This document shows, one piece after another, positions 50,258 to 62,200 of a DNA stretch of 64,000 nt (position 1 is the first letter of the stretch; every line of letters starts with the position of its first letter). Location: positions 1-64,000 of the forward strand of contig KZ538333.1 of the NCBI GenBank assembly GCA_000934665.2, in the 5' to 3' direction. The translations under genes were made by a program, and so were the position numbers. The notes beneath the pieces were generated by a model. It did not search any database, was not told the origin of the DNA, and was given only the letters and a program-made list of their open reading frames with translations. The DNA is from Catajapyx aquilonaris (Eukaryota).

Positions 50258-53200
50258 ATGATTGAGGGCATGTCCAGGAGAGCTTTTGGCGGTTCCAGTG
50301 GCACTTACAACGTCAGGGCCTCGGAGCTGGCCAGGGACCGACGCCTCAAGACGCTTCTCATTACTGTGGCCTTCCTCGACGACACCCAGCACACCTTTGA
50401 AGTCGAGGTGAGTTATGGACTGACTGTTTGCCCGGCGGTGGATTCATAGGCGTCTGTTTTTTGGGGGTGTAGAAACGGGCCAAAGGACAGGCCTTGCTGG
50501 ACAAGGTCTTTCAGCATCTGGAGCTGATTGAGAAGGACTACTTCGGGCTGCAGTTTAGGGACCCCGGGTCCACGTCCTCGACCGAAAATATGGTAAATAT
50601 TATTGCATGCAAGTTTTTTTTTTAATGTTCTGCATGTCATACCAGACTACCTATGATCTGAGCTTACTCTTGGGATGTCATGTACTGTACATACAAGTAG
50701 TTCACATGGTCAGAAGTTATCGACTATCGACACTTTGCATGATACGTTCAGAGCAAGTAGTTGGTGACTGATTCATGTGGCCCATTATGGCCCATAGCCC
50801 TCATCTCATTTGCGAGCGTTGTCCCCCAATTTTTTTCTTCTTCGAAATTGGACTTATTAAGATGTGTGCCAAATGGCATTTCATTTGCATTCATTAAGCT
50901 TCCGGTTATATGATGATTCAGCGTAGTTGCGTTCAACGGGGCGTTTTGCGGTACGTGCTCCCTAATTGTCTTTCTGTATATCATTTGCATTAACTCCCCA
51001 CCAGTACTGCAACAATTATTGCGAGTGATGATTGTTGGGCCGCGCGCACTGCGAGGTTGTTAGGACCTGGAAACTCCATTTGGGGCCGGGCCATCATGTC
51101 CAATTATAAGCTAATTGCTGTGGGCCAACCCGTGGTGAGGTGCCCTTATGGTTATTTAACGCAGTTTTCAGTCTTCCTCACGTGGCAATTTGTATCCTGA
51201 TTGCGTGCTCGCCATGTGGGTTTCGCCCTCCCCCCAACTCTGCCCCAATATCGAGGGAGGTATTTTGGGCCGGCGCCTGTCGTTACTTCCATTCGGTATA
51301 GCACTGCATTTTGTGCAGACTATTAGCCCGCGAGCCAGTTGGCGTGATTGTTGCGCTTTTTCCGCACCGGACAACATGGCTTTTGCGCGCACTCTTCGGG
51401 ACCACTTTTCGCTGATGGGTGTGTTGTTGCACTTTGGAGGGCGATAGTGCACAGGATGTGCTATATTTTTTTGGCAGAGATGTTGGGTCAGTTACCGTGA
51501 CAACGGAAAATTTTTATGGAGGGGTGAAATGGCAAAACTTGGCCCTCTATTATGGCCAGCTGCATTGGTCACCACCATTTTCTGTAAGAGCATAGCGGCT
51601 CAGTGTCGAAATTTTGATAGCTAATGTGACAACTCAGATGGAACACGCTGTTCATTATATACCAAATTGGCAGGACAGAAATCCGCATTTAGGCGGGAGC
51701 CCCCAAAAAATGGCATAACATACTAATTTTATCTGAAATCCGATCGGAAGCATTGGGACAGTGTTCAGATGAGGAACAATGCGGCTGTGAAACAAAAGTA
51801 ATGGATGAAATTTAACCGAATTGCATTGTCTGGCTTAGATGTAATCCGATATGGAACTCCCATCGCTTTTTTCGTGCATACCATGTGATTGTGGACCCTA
51901 AAAAAAAGTATATAGCCAGAGTGGCATAGATTGCATGGAATTGGATTTGCTTTTGGCGCCTCTGAGGCCGAGGACCCGAGGAAAAAGTTTGGGAAAGATG
52001 GGTCCATCCGGGAGCCACGTGGGCCATGCAGACAGCCATTGCCGACCCAAGTTTTTTTTCCCCTTATACGGTACATTCGAAGAGGACCTCCTTATGGCTT
52101 GATGTGCATGCCGGAGCGGATGAATAAAAGAAAATGGGGAGAGAGGCGGGAAAGAGGTTGGATTTTTACTTCGTCTGGGTCCAAGGGTAATAAGATGATG
52201 CAAGAAAGTGGCCTCTCTATATTCGGTGGGGAATTGGGGGGTGATTTTCTTCGATCCAGGATCTTAGCTTTGATGTCCGATGCCAACCTTTGATTGAGTT
52301 CATAGTCGTTATTTTTTTATCCGCTTCTCTCGTTTTTGCAGCAGAGGTGGCTGGAGCCGACCAAACCATTGAAGAAGCAGCTCCGCAGTAAGTGTAAGAG
52401 TCGCTTTCTATGTTTTCTTCTCCTTAGGGGGTTAGCTTGTTGGCCTCTCCGACGAAAGCTATGGCTTTTCTTGGGGACTTTTTTTTTTCCTCTCAGTTTT
52501 TTTTAGTGGGTAGGCCATATTTCTTGGCTGGGCTCAAAATAGGGAATGATGAAAGTCAAAAGAGTTTCTGGTGTATAAGCTGCAGGGAATTTACAGTGTA
52601 ACTTGCGGCTAGAAAAGGGGCAACTTTAGATGGAAGTCTCTAGTGTTTCTTGGGCTTTTTTTTATTACTACGAGTGTGAGCTGCAGTTGCGAGGAGAGAT
52701 CATAAAGTAATTGACAACTTTCTTTCTGTCAAGCTATATTTTCAAGTGCTGGTGGCTGAAGTCAGTGACTCTTAAAGTGAGCAGTGTGAATAGGCTATAA
52801 AGTCTGGGAACGTGCAATAAGACGGATGAATGCTATATGCGTATTTATGAACTAATAAAAAACGGGCATTAAATTTTTAGACTGAAGTTGTGCAGGTGTA
52901 TTTCGCCTATAATTACGAGCCGTGAGAGAAGTAACAAAGCCTATTTCCGTCGGCGGGAAGACAGATAGCGAGTATTGCATTCAAAATTGAGTCCTTCCAG
53001 GGGTAAATAACCTAATTTGCTTCCGGTGCTGCTTATTTGGAGATACCATCCGTACTGGCGAAATTGCGCGCCACGTGCCATACACGGTAACTGAATTCCT
53101 GCCATAGCAATGAATTGAGCCTGCCTTACAAACTCGGAGTTCATTCCTTCTGGTGTGGTGTGGTGCAAACTTTGCCAATGAGCTGAAGTCAGTCAGGTGC

Positions 53201-56200
53201 CTCCATTTACTGCTCTCATTTAGAGTCGGAATTCCATAAGGCTTCCGTCCCTTTGACCAGGGGGATGTGGTTCTCGTTTCATTGCTCCAACTACGTTTGC
53301 AGCACGTGCGCCATGTTCAATTACCTCCAGCTCCCTTCGACATTGGCTCCAGGAGCATGCATTCGGGCAGGCATGGTGTGAAAGACATTGACTGGAATAT
53401 GCACTGCCAGCTAGGTGTATTATTTTTGTCTGCAGAGGCGGTTTTGACAGAAAATAAGTGCTTCGATTTAGGTTGAACCGCGTGTGCAGAACGGCACCTG
53501 CTTTTGATGGAGTTGAGGAACATGGCTTCTGGTTTAAAGGGATAGGATGGTTGAAGACTTGAAGTATACTGTAACAACTGGCAGTTTTGACTCAACTTAG
53601 GATGTACTTGCATGCTAATTTCATCGACGTCGCTTATGTGAATGATAGGAAATTTTGACTGGCTAGACTTACTATAGTTGGTCCATCCACCAGAATATTT
53701 CATAGTCTCACTGACACTCCCTTACAATTTTTAATATAATTGGTGGGATTGTATGCAGAGGATATGAAGGTGCTGATGTAGATTATTTTTTTCCCCATGG
53801 GGCTCCTCAGCAGGGCAACAACAAGTGCCGCTTCACTTCTCAGTAAAATTTTACGTGTCGGATCCCAGCAAGCTTCAAGAGGAGTACACCCGCTATCACT
53901 TCTTCCTGCAGGTGAAGAGAGATGTCCTAGAGGGACGATTGGCAGTCTCTCCAGCCACTGCATGCCTCCTGGCCTCTTATGCCGTCCAATGTGAGTTTGC
54001 CATCAGGGCAGTTCCCACCCCTCCTGCCCCACCAAAGAAAATGTTGGATGTTGAAACTTTCCTGAAATATGCCATTCACGCCTTACAGCTGAATTGGGTG
54101 ACTACAATCTGGAGGAGCATGCTCCGAATTACCTATCTGAGATGAGGCTGATGGCAGGCCAGACTGAAGAGATGGAGAAGCGTATTGCCGAACTGCATAA
54201 GCTACACAAGTGAGTAGAAAATTTTTGACGTGTGATATGGGCCAAGTTGAGATAATAGTTTATTTATTAAAAACTGTATACGAAAAGCAATTAATATCAG
54301 AAGGTAATTAAAAGTGACAACTTTAATCCACATTAACTTTGTTTATAGAATTATTGAATTAATTGAAGAAGTTGGTAAATTATTTAATGGGGAAGTTAAC
54401 TTGTGCCTGGTTCATGCTGTTACTTATATGTACTCGTAGATGTGAAAATAAATTTCAAAACAATTACATAATTGGAATTGTACGCTATCAAAGAAATGCC
54501 CACTGCATTATTTCAATAATAGCGAAGTATGCTAGAGTTGAACAAGTAAGCTACACTTTATACTCATTACTTGTTCCTTGTAGTTAGGTTTTTGAGACTT
54601 CTTTTACAGCGGTTGATATTGTAAGGTATGTGACAAGTGGAATCATTAGTGTAACATAGGAACATACATGTGCAACTTCACAATTTCATGACACCAATAT
54701 TTCAATCTGTGATTTTCCATTGCACAGGGGCCAGACTCCTGCAGATGCTGAATTCAACTTCCTCAATCATGCAAAGCAGCTGGACATGTATGGAGTGGAC
54801 CTTCATAATGCCAGGGATTCTTCAGGGAAAGACATCCAGCTTGGAGTCACTTCAATTGGACTAGTTGTCTTTCACAATGGCATGAAAATCAACACATTCT
54901 CCTGGTCCAAAATAGTCAAGATTTCCTTCAAAAGGAAGCAGTTTTTTATCCAGCTCCGGAGAGAAGCAGTAAGTATTTGAGAAGTGTAGAAGTTTCACTA
55001 AGGTGAAAATGAGATTGTCAACTCTACTCACACAACCATGGTTACAATAAGTACCGGTATCTTTTTAAGCCTGCTGTCTACCACATAGAGACATACGCCA
55101 TACGTTTTAGGTGAACCTGCCAGTACATGATGCTACTGCCACTATAGCTAGTGACCCTTTTACTGCAGGGAAACCTGTTTATAGTGGGCTCTGAATATGG
55201 CAAAAACTTGTTCTTTATGAAAAAAGTTTGCTGTGCATTGTGATTCTGCTACATGCCAGTTTCATTGTAGACGAGTTAGTAAAATTTTAAATGTGCTTGG
55301 CATATGACCTTTATGAAAGGGGTATAGGTGGCAAAACTTTTCTACACATAGCAACTGAAGGCAAATAAACGTAATACATGAGGAAGGAGGCAAATTGTGA
55401 CATGCTTAGGATTTGTGAAAGAATGCACTTTGTGGACTTTCGTGGTAGTAATGATGGTGGGAGGGTATTTGAATGTTAAAATAACTTTATTGTTGAAATT
55501 AATTATGTCACAAAACAGCCCATACTTTTAGCTTCTTATCCTTTCAGTCTGAAGATTATGACACCCTCTTGGGCTTTAATGTAGCAAGCTATCGTTCCTG
55601 CAAGACCCTATGGAAGGCATGTGTAGAACATCACACATTCTTCAGGCTCCATACACCTCGACCACTTGCTCGTCGTTTCTTCTTCGCTCTGGGTTCCCGT
55701 TTCCATTACTCAGGAAGGACAGAGTTTCAAACAGTGGAGGAAGGGAGGAGAAGAGCCAGGCTGCAGAGGACTTTCATTAGGTGAGTGACATTTACCTCAT
55801 ACTGCATGTTTGTTTCAGTTACATTCAGCGCAGGGTTTGAATTCTGGTCAACTTATCATTTTGCCTCATAACAAACCAGTCTATCAACCACTCATACTGT
55901 CATGATACATCTTCTAAAGGGCCCTGCCCTCGCAAGGGGTAACGTAAATAAATAAAAATAAATAAATAAATAAATAAATGATACATCTTCTAAAGGGGTA
56001 GTCACAAGTCAGAGATGAAGTGGAAACAAATGATTTACTTGGGACACCTAGGCATAAAAGAAATGGAGCACTCACAAAATACATTCTGTGACAGATAAAT
56101 AATGCAATTCCAGGGCGATATAATCACTGCAATGCAACAGATCATAGAAAGTCGTAAACACTACATTTGTAATCCATAAAGAGGAGTTCTTCATATCTAT

Positions 56201-59200
56201 TTCACATTTCTTTACAGAATTAATAGCTGTGGTTTACATTATTAAAAGAAGGTAGTTGGAAATTCTGTTTGTTTCTCATTCCATGTGCAATTTACAAAAG
56301 TTTTATTGCCAATCCAGTTTATGTGTAACAAAGCGGGAGGCTGTATAGGAATAGTTAAACGTAGCTGATATATTTTAAATATTATTTTCAGGTCTCCCAG
56401 CAAGAGGTTAGTTCGCCAGACCATGCCTGAAGAGAAAGCCAAACCAACCACCACTGCGGCTGTGACTGTTCCTCCTGCAAGGACAGCCAGGGTAGCCAAT
56501 GGCACTGCCTTACCACATCGCCCTTACGATGGATTCAACAAGGTTCAATCCTTGGGAGCCAAAGAACCTAGGAAAGCTTGGGCAGAAGGAGTACCATCTG
56601 ATGAGTAAGTAAAGCACTATTTTCTGCCACAATTTTCTGATTTAAGACCATTTTTAAAAATGATAATTTTGTGTTGTTTTAGTGAGGGAGGATTTCTGGA
56701 GCGAGAAAGAGGAGAGAGAGCTGCCTTTTCACCACCTCTTCCAGTTAAAGTGCTTGCCTATGTGGATGAAGAAGCTGAATCTGATGTTCCCTCTTCTCCA
56801 ACAATTGTGTCATCTCCTTCTCCACCCACAGCTGCCCCATCCCCTCCGCCTGTGCCACAGCTGCCACAGATCACCCTGGATCTGCCACTCTTCAGGCCTG
56901 AAGTAGTGGTGAGTGCCAATTTTTTATCTTCTTTACTTGACAGGGCGCCGTAAAATTTCCAGTAGTGAGAATTTATCATTTAAGGAGAAGATATTTCCTG
57001 CACTTCTGTCATCCAAAATGCTAGGAAGCAAGGCCTCATTTAAAGATCCAGTGTATATCCAAGTAGGAGAGGTCGTGGTTTGCTGTCCTAATTTTTTTAA
57101 CATGATTATAAATACAGCATTGGTTTCATAGAGGAACATGCAGCTAAAGGCAGAATCTGGGAGATATGGTTAGAATTCTACACTGATGTGTGGTATAGCA
57201 TCAGGATTATTTCAGAACCTAAACAATCAACATTGCGTTTAGGTGGCCCAAAGCGGCACCCCATCCTTGCATATTTAGGTTTCTTTCAGAATTTTTAGGT
57301 ATAACGGGCACACTTAATTTTGGCGATTTTGGTCAAATGTTTACTAGACTGAGCTTTATATGTTCACTTACTAAATTTTGCCTGCAAATGAGCTGAAGTT
57401 GCCATTGAAATAAATTCTGTAGAGTACCGGTAATTTTGTTGTCAAATAATTTCGTGAGGAACGTAAATTCCAGCAGACATTTATACAGACATCTGATATA
57501 GCAAAAGACTAAATTATAACATGAATGTGACCTGATGAAAATTGAAATGTTGAAAAATTTTCTAGCTGGGGTTTCGGCACAGTACTTAGAAATTTCAAAT
57601 TTGAGAAAACATACTTTTGTATTTGATATTAATAGAAATTGCACTCAAATAATCAGGCTCCTTTTAGCAAGAGAATAATGAAACAGGTATAAAAATTTTG
57701 TTGCCAGGGTAAGCCTACAGAAAGTAAATGCTTTGCTGGATTTTGAAACTGTGATGGAGCTTGTTTGCATCCACAAAACTGAAGTCATTCATATGTCAAT
57801 AATTAGACTGACTTCGGTATTACATTTTATAGAAACTGCGAGGTATATTTTATTCTTATTGATACGTTATGAGTAAAATTGAATTTTTGACACTTTCTGG
57901 GACTTTTGGCGCATTGTGATATTTGCTGTTTTGTACTGGATTATTTCCAGCTTAGATTTAAATAGGATGTATTTTTGGACATTCACTTTGGATTAGCCCA
58001 TTTTTAAAAGATTTGCTTAGCACTTACCGCAACAGTCTTACAGTGAGGTGGTGAGTGGGTGAAGAGTCGTTTTCTTATTGCACCCATCTGCACCTTATGG
58101 CTGTTGTGAAAGTGAAAATATTTAATCCTGCACTGCATGGACTGTAGATAGGGTCGTTTATAATCAGGCCATGATGCTGGCACAAAAAAGAAGGAAACGA
58201 AGGTGAAGAAAAACATGTTCAGATATAAATATCAGTTTGATATGAAATGTTACAAGGGCCTATGTGACAGTGAGATCTAATAGTGCGGAAACTTTGGGAA
58301 TGAGCATTGATGACTCTGTAAGTCTTTTTCTTCTGTTATTACTGTTACATATATGCTTCCTACAGTTTGAGACATATATTCAATACAAATTGATTCTGAG
58401 CAAATATTAATCACACATGCGACATTCGCTACCTGTAACCGTAATGAAAGTCCTTCCCGCCTTGGGTTTGGGCACCCAATTATACAGTAAGTTGTTTCAG
58501 GAGAAAGAGCAAGCAAGGTTGACGACCTGCGGGGATAAGGTAACCCCCAAGGCTTTCCCATTAGTGGCTGGTAATTGGTGAGCCTCAGGGGTGTCATGAC
58601 TGCCACAGACCGGGCAGGAACACACACACACACAAAAAAAAGAGGCGGAGAAGAAGCGGAAGGTGTGACGTGTGTACCCATGTAGGCCGTTTTAAAATAA
58701 ATCGCGCTAGGTGTAACAGAAGTTTCTGCAGAATGTCAAATACTTCCGTGATGTACGACACGGAGCAGTGCACATAACAAGGAAGCGGCTATATTCACCC
58801 AAGTGATACAGCCAGACATTGATAAACCATGCCAACCTGGCAATTGGCAATACCTTACGCAAATGCGGAAATAATTGCACGTTGCATCAACACATTGAAC
58901 TGCAATGAGTCAAAACACCAATGCATAGATCAGTCATTAGATGAATAACCCCATGCCCAATTGGCAGTCTATAAAAGGCGATATGTGACCACAGGGGCAA
59001 AGGACAGGATTTCCTAAAATCCACTGTAAGCACGAAGGCGTTTTCTAGGCAATCAGCGTGACAAGCACTGCAATTACGAATCCGTAGGCGCCTCTCTGGT
59101 GACGTCACTTTGTTAAGGAGGCGCCTTAGCGAGGATAAGGTTTTCTCTATCCCCCTCAAGCTCCTGAGTAGGCAGAGTTGAGCTGGGACTCGAAGTGTTG

Positions 59201-62200
59201 AGAGGTTCTTTCCCAACAGGTAGTTTGGGGGGTGCCGATATAGGACGGATCGACCGAAGGAAAAAAATAATGGTCATCATTTATGTCGTGAGCGCCAAAA
59301 ACCAGGTAATCGCAATTTTGAGTTATTTAGTGGGCTCATTTTTGGTCATTTGACGGCCTTGGAGGTGTCGATATGGGTCATTAGTTGTAAGTTATGGAGG
59401 TGGGTGTTATCGCGGGTTGGGATCGGGAAAATGTAAACAACTGCGCAGATGGCTTGTAAGGAGTGGAGGAGTATTAAAAAAAAGTGAGTAATGGCTCCAT
59501 CTGCACCTACACTACTTATGTAACAATTTGTGAGTAATTTATGACCTCTTAGTTTATTAGGGGTTGATTGTTATCAATGGCTGGGCTCCAAGTAATTGAT
59601 GCCGTTTTTGAGCATTCAAGGCGAAGTGGGAGGAATGGGTTCGCCATATAAGAGAGAGAGACGCAATGTGTCATACCCGTATCTTGTAGGCTTTGTAGAG
59701 GAATGGGAGTCGTAACAAGGACAATACCGAATTGTGTTGGGGGTCGAGTTTTGTGTAGACCGGCAAGTAAAAGCGGTAATGCATTGCTTTCCCATCGGCT
59801 GGGAATGGTGAAAGTCACGAATTACAGGACTTGATTTTTCCTCGGGTAAAGTAGGTTTCTAGCGCTTGCCAACGAGACCCCAACTCATTATGGGCCAAAC
59901 TTTCGGTTCAGGAGGTTTAAACAGCACATCTGCCCAACAGATGCACTTGGCACAATACCGGGGTTCAAGACTGCGTTTCGAGGCTGGAACAATAAAACGC
60001 ACATTAGTATGTGGCACTGTGAAATGGTGACAAATGCAAGCTAACTGAGAACTGAATGCTATTACATGCCGATCTAATAAGCAGGAATATAGTGGCAAAA
60101 TGTAAATAATAGTCTGCCAGTGGCTGCCAATATTATTTAGCACTCGATTAGTTGTGTTTCGTACTGTTTTGATAAACATGGTGGTGCAGAATGATAAGAT
60201 ATTGATTGAAATATCATTATTTCATTAGCTTATTGCAAAAAATTGATTATGTTGGAGTGTGTGAGATTGCTGGTTGTTTGAGATTATGCGTCGTCGGTGT
60301 TTATTCCTGGGTTTTTATTTTTAACGTGCAGTACATTTATTCTGGGTACGCCTCTTTCGACATTAGGGAAAACCGGGGCAGCGAAATTGGAATAAGGAAG
60401 GAAGACTTATCACATTTACAACACCCCAGTGATAAAACTGATAAGGGGCATAACGAAGTGAAAACTGCAACTATAATACTGCGCATTGGCCATTAGGTGT
60501 ATCAGTGAAATTCGGTAACACTATTTTGCAATTATTGTATCTTACAAACAACAACTGAGAAAACCTACAAGTTTGCAGGACTTTTTGAGAATCTTTCAGC
60601 TGTTCTTTGATTATTGCCGTTATGAGATAGAATAATAGGGTCGTATGTTAGGGTCCCATACATAATCTCTCACATAATAAAAATTTTCAGAAGTCGTTAC
60701 TGTTATTTTTATTTAGGCTACGATACCCCGTTTGAGAGAAGGACCCTATCGTTACTGTTACATTTTTCGGGAAAATATCATAAACGAGTTCACTTGACTG
60801 CGAACAAGGTCGTGAACAACGAGTGTGTGTGTATCAGTATACACGCAGTCTAAGGTTCCAAGATTTTCGAAACCAACGCACACATGCCGAGTGACTGACG
60901 TGACAATGGCGTGGGTGGATATCATAAGATGGCAAATGACATCATGCGGTCGGCTCCTAAGTGGTCAGACAATAATCTGGCGAATCGGACAATCCTGTCC
61001 CAAGGAGTTATCGTGTTTGCTTCCCTGCTGATGGAGGACGAATGATAATGTCCCATTTCTTGGCGCGAGTCCTCAATTTTCCTCTTAAGCGCGGTCCAGT
61101 ACCCGCTGCACCAGACCTCATGACCCCCATTGTCTCCGAATGTAATAAAATCTTGGAGGATCTTCACAAACCCTTACAAGTCAAGGTCTGGGTATACCCT
61201 GGCTATAGAAAACAGGTCTGATTACGTCGGTGCCAATTTAAGAAACAACCCCTCCAAGTTCTCGCATCTTATTTCACGGAATATGAGCACGTCGCGCCTG
61301 GAAGATTCTTCTTCCTTCATATTTCGTTCTCAAGGACTGATCTTTATTGTCAGGAAGCTAGGGCCGAAAATAATTTGAATGCCAACGTACTGGGATGTAT
61401 CAGCCGGATGGCATGCATTGTTGGGTATTAGGGCAGAGTTATTGGACGGTAAAAAGAAGGGTGCCCTCGGTGATCATACAGCATTTCTTTGCATCCTACT
61501 TTGTATGCTTCCGAATTGAGATAAAGATCGAAGCACATACCGGTCCAATCCCTAATATTGCAATTGAATTCATGCTGAAGTGATAATGTGGCTCATGCCC
61601 TTGTATCCTGTTGTGTGGTGAATTCAGTGCAACAATATGAGGGAAAAAAAATGTAATTCTAGATTTGATGCTATCCTTTCTAACGATGATGGGAACCGGC
61701 GGATCTCTGTCGTGGGAGTTTCCTGCCTACACTGCAAAGAGAGCCCTGAAGTCATTATTTTTTTTCACCGCCACAGGTAGTCTGTCCCACCCAGATAAAA
61801 TTGCTTTGTTGTTCCACGCTACCGGCAGCTTCTCAGCTTTTACTTATGCTGACCACTCCAATCGTTTCTTTAGCAGCTGACTTAACGCCCCAGTAGCGGA
61901 CAAGTGTAATTTCCAATCAGAACGATCCAATGGGCGTTTTCTCGAATAAAAATAATGAGATTATGCGCAGTGCGGTATAGTAGAAACTCATTTATTATTA
62001 TAGGAAGCCGGAGCTATATTCCCACCTAGTGTCCATATACGGGTTGAGATGTGGGTGTTGTCTATGGAGGTGCTCTATCCTATGTGACCAGGGTACAAAT
62101 AGGGTTAGGATACCATCCAAAATGAAATAAAATGTGCGCCAGAAATACGCACATGCTAGTAAAGGCGTTGAGTGATTCCCAGATGGCAAATGTATTCAGC

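Noticed and set aside
57240..58005. Possible degenerate DNA transposon remnant
   Set aside because: No convincing TIR pair or TSD could be identified.
60433..60450. Partial resemblance to miR-184 (AACTGATAAGGG); also a miR-125-like CCCTGAGACC at ~13863
   Set aside because: Only partial matches and no hairpin precursor evident.
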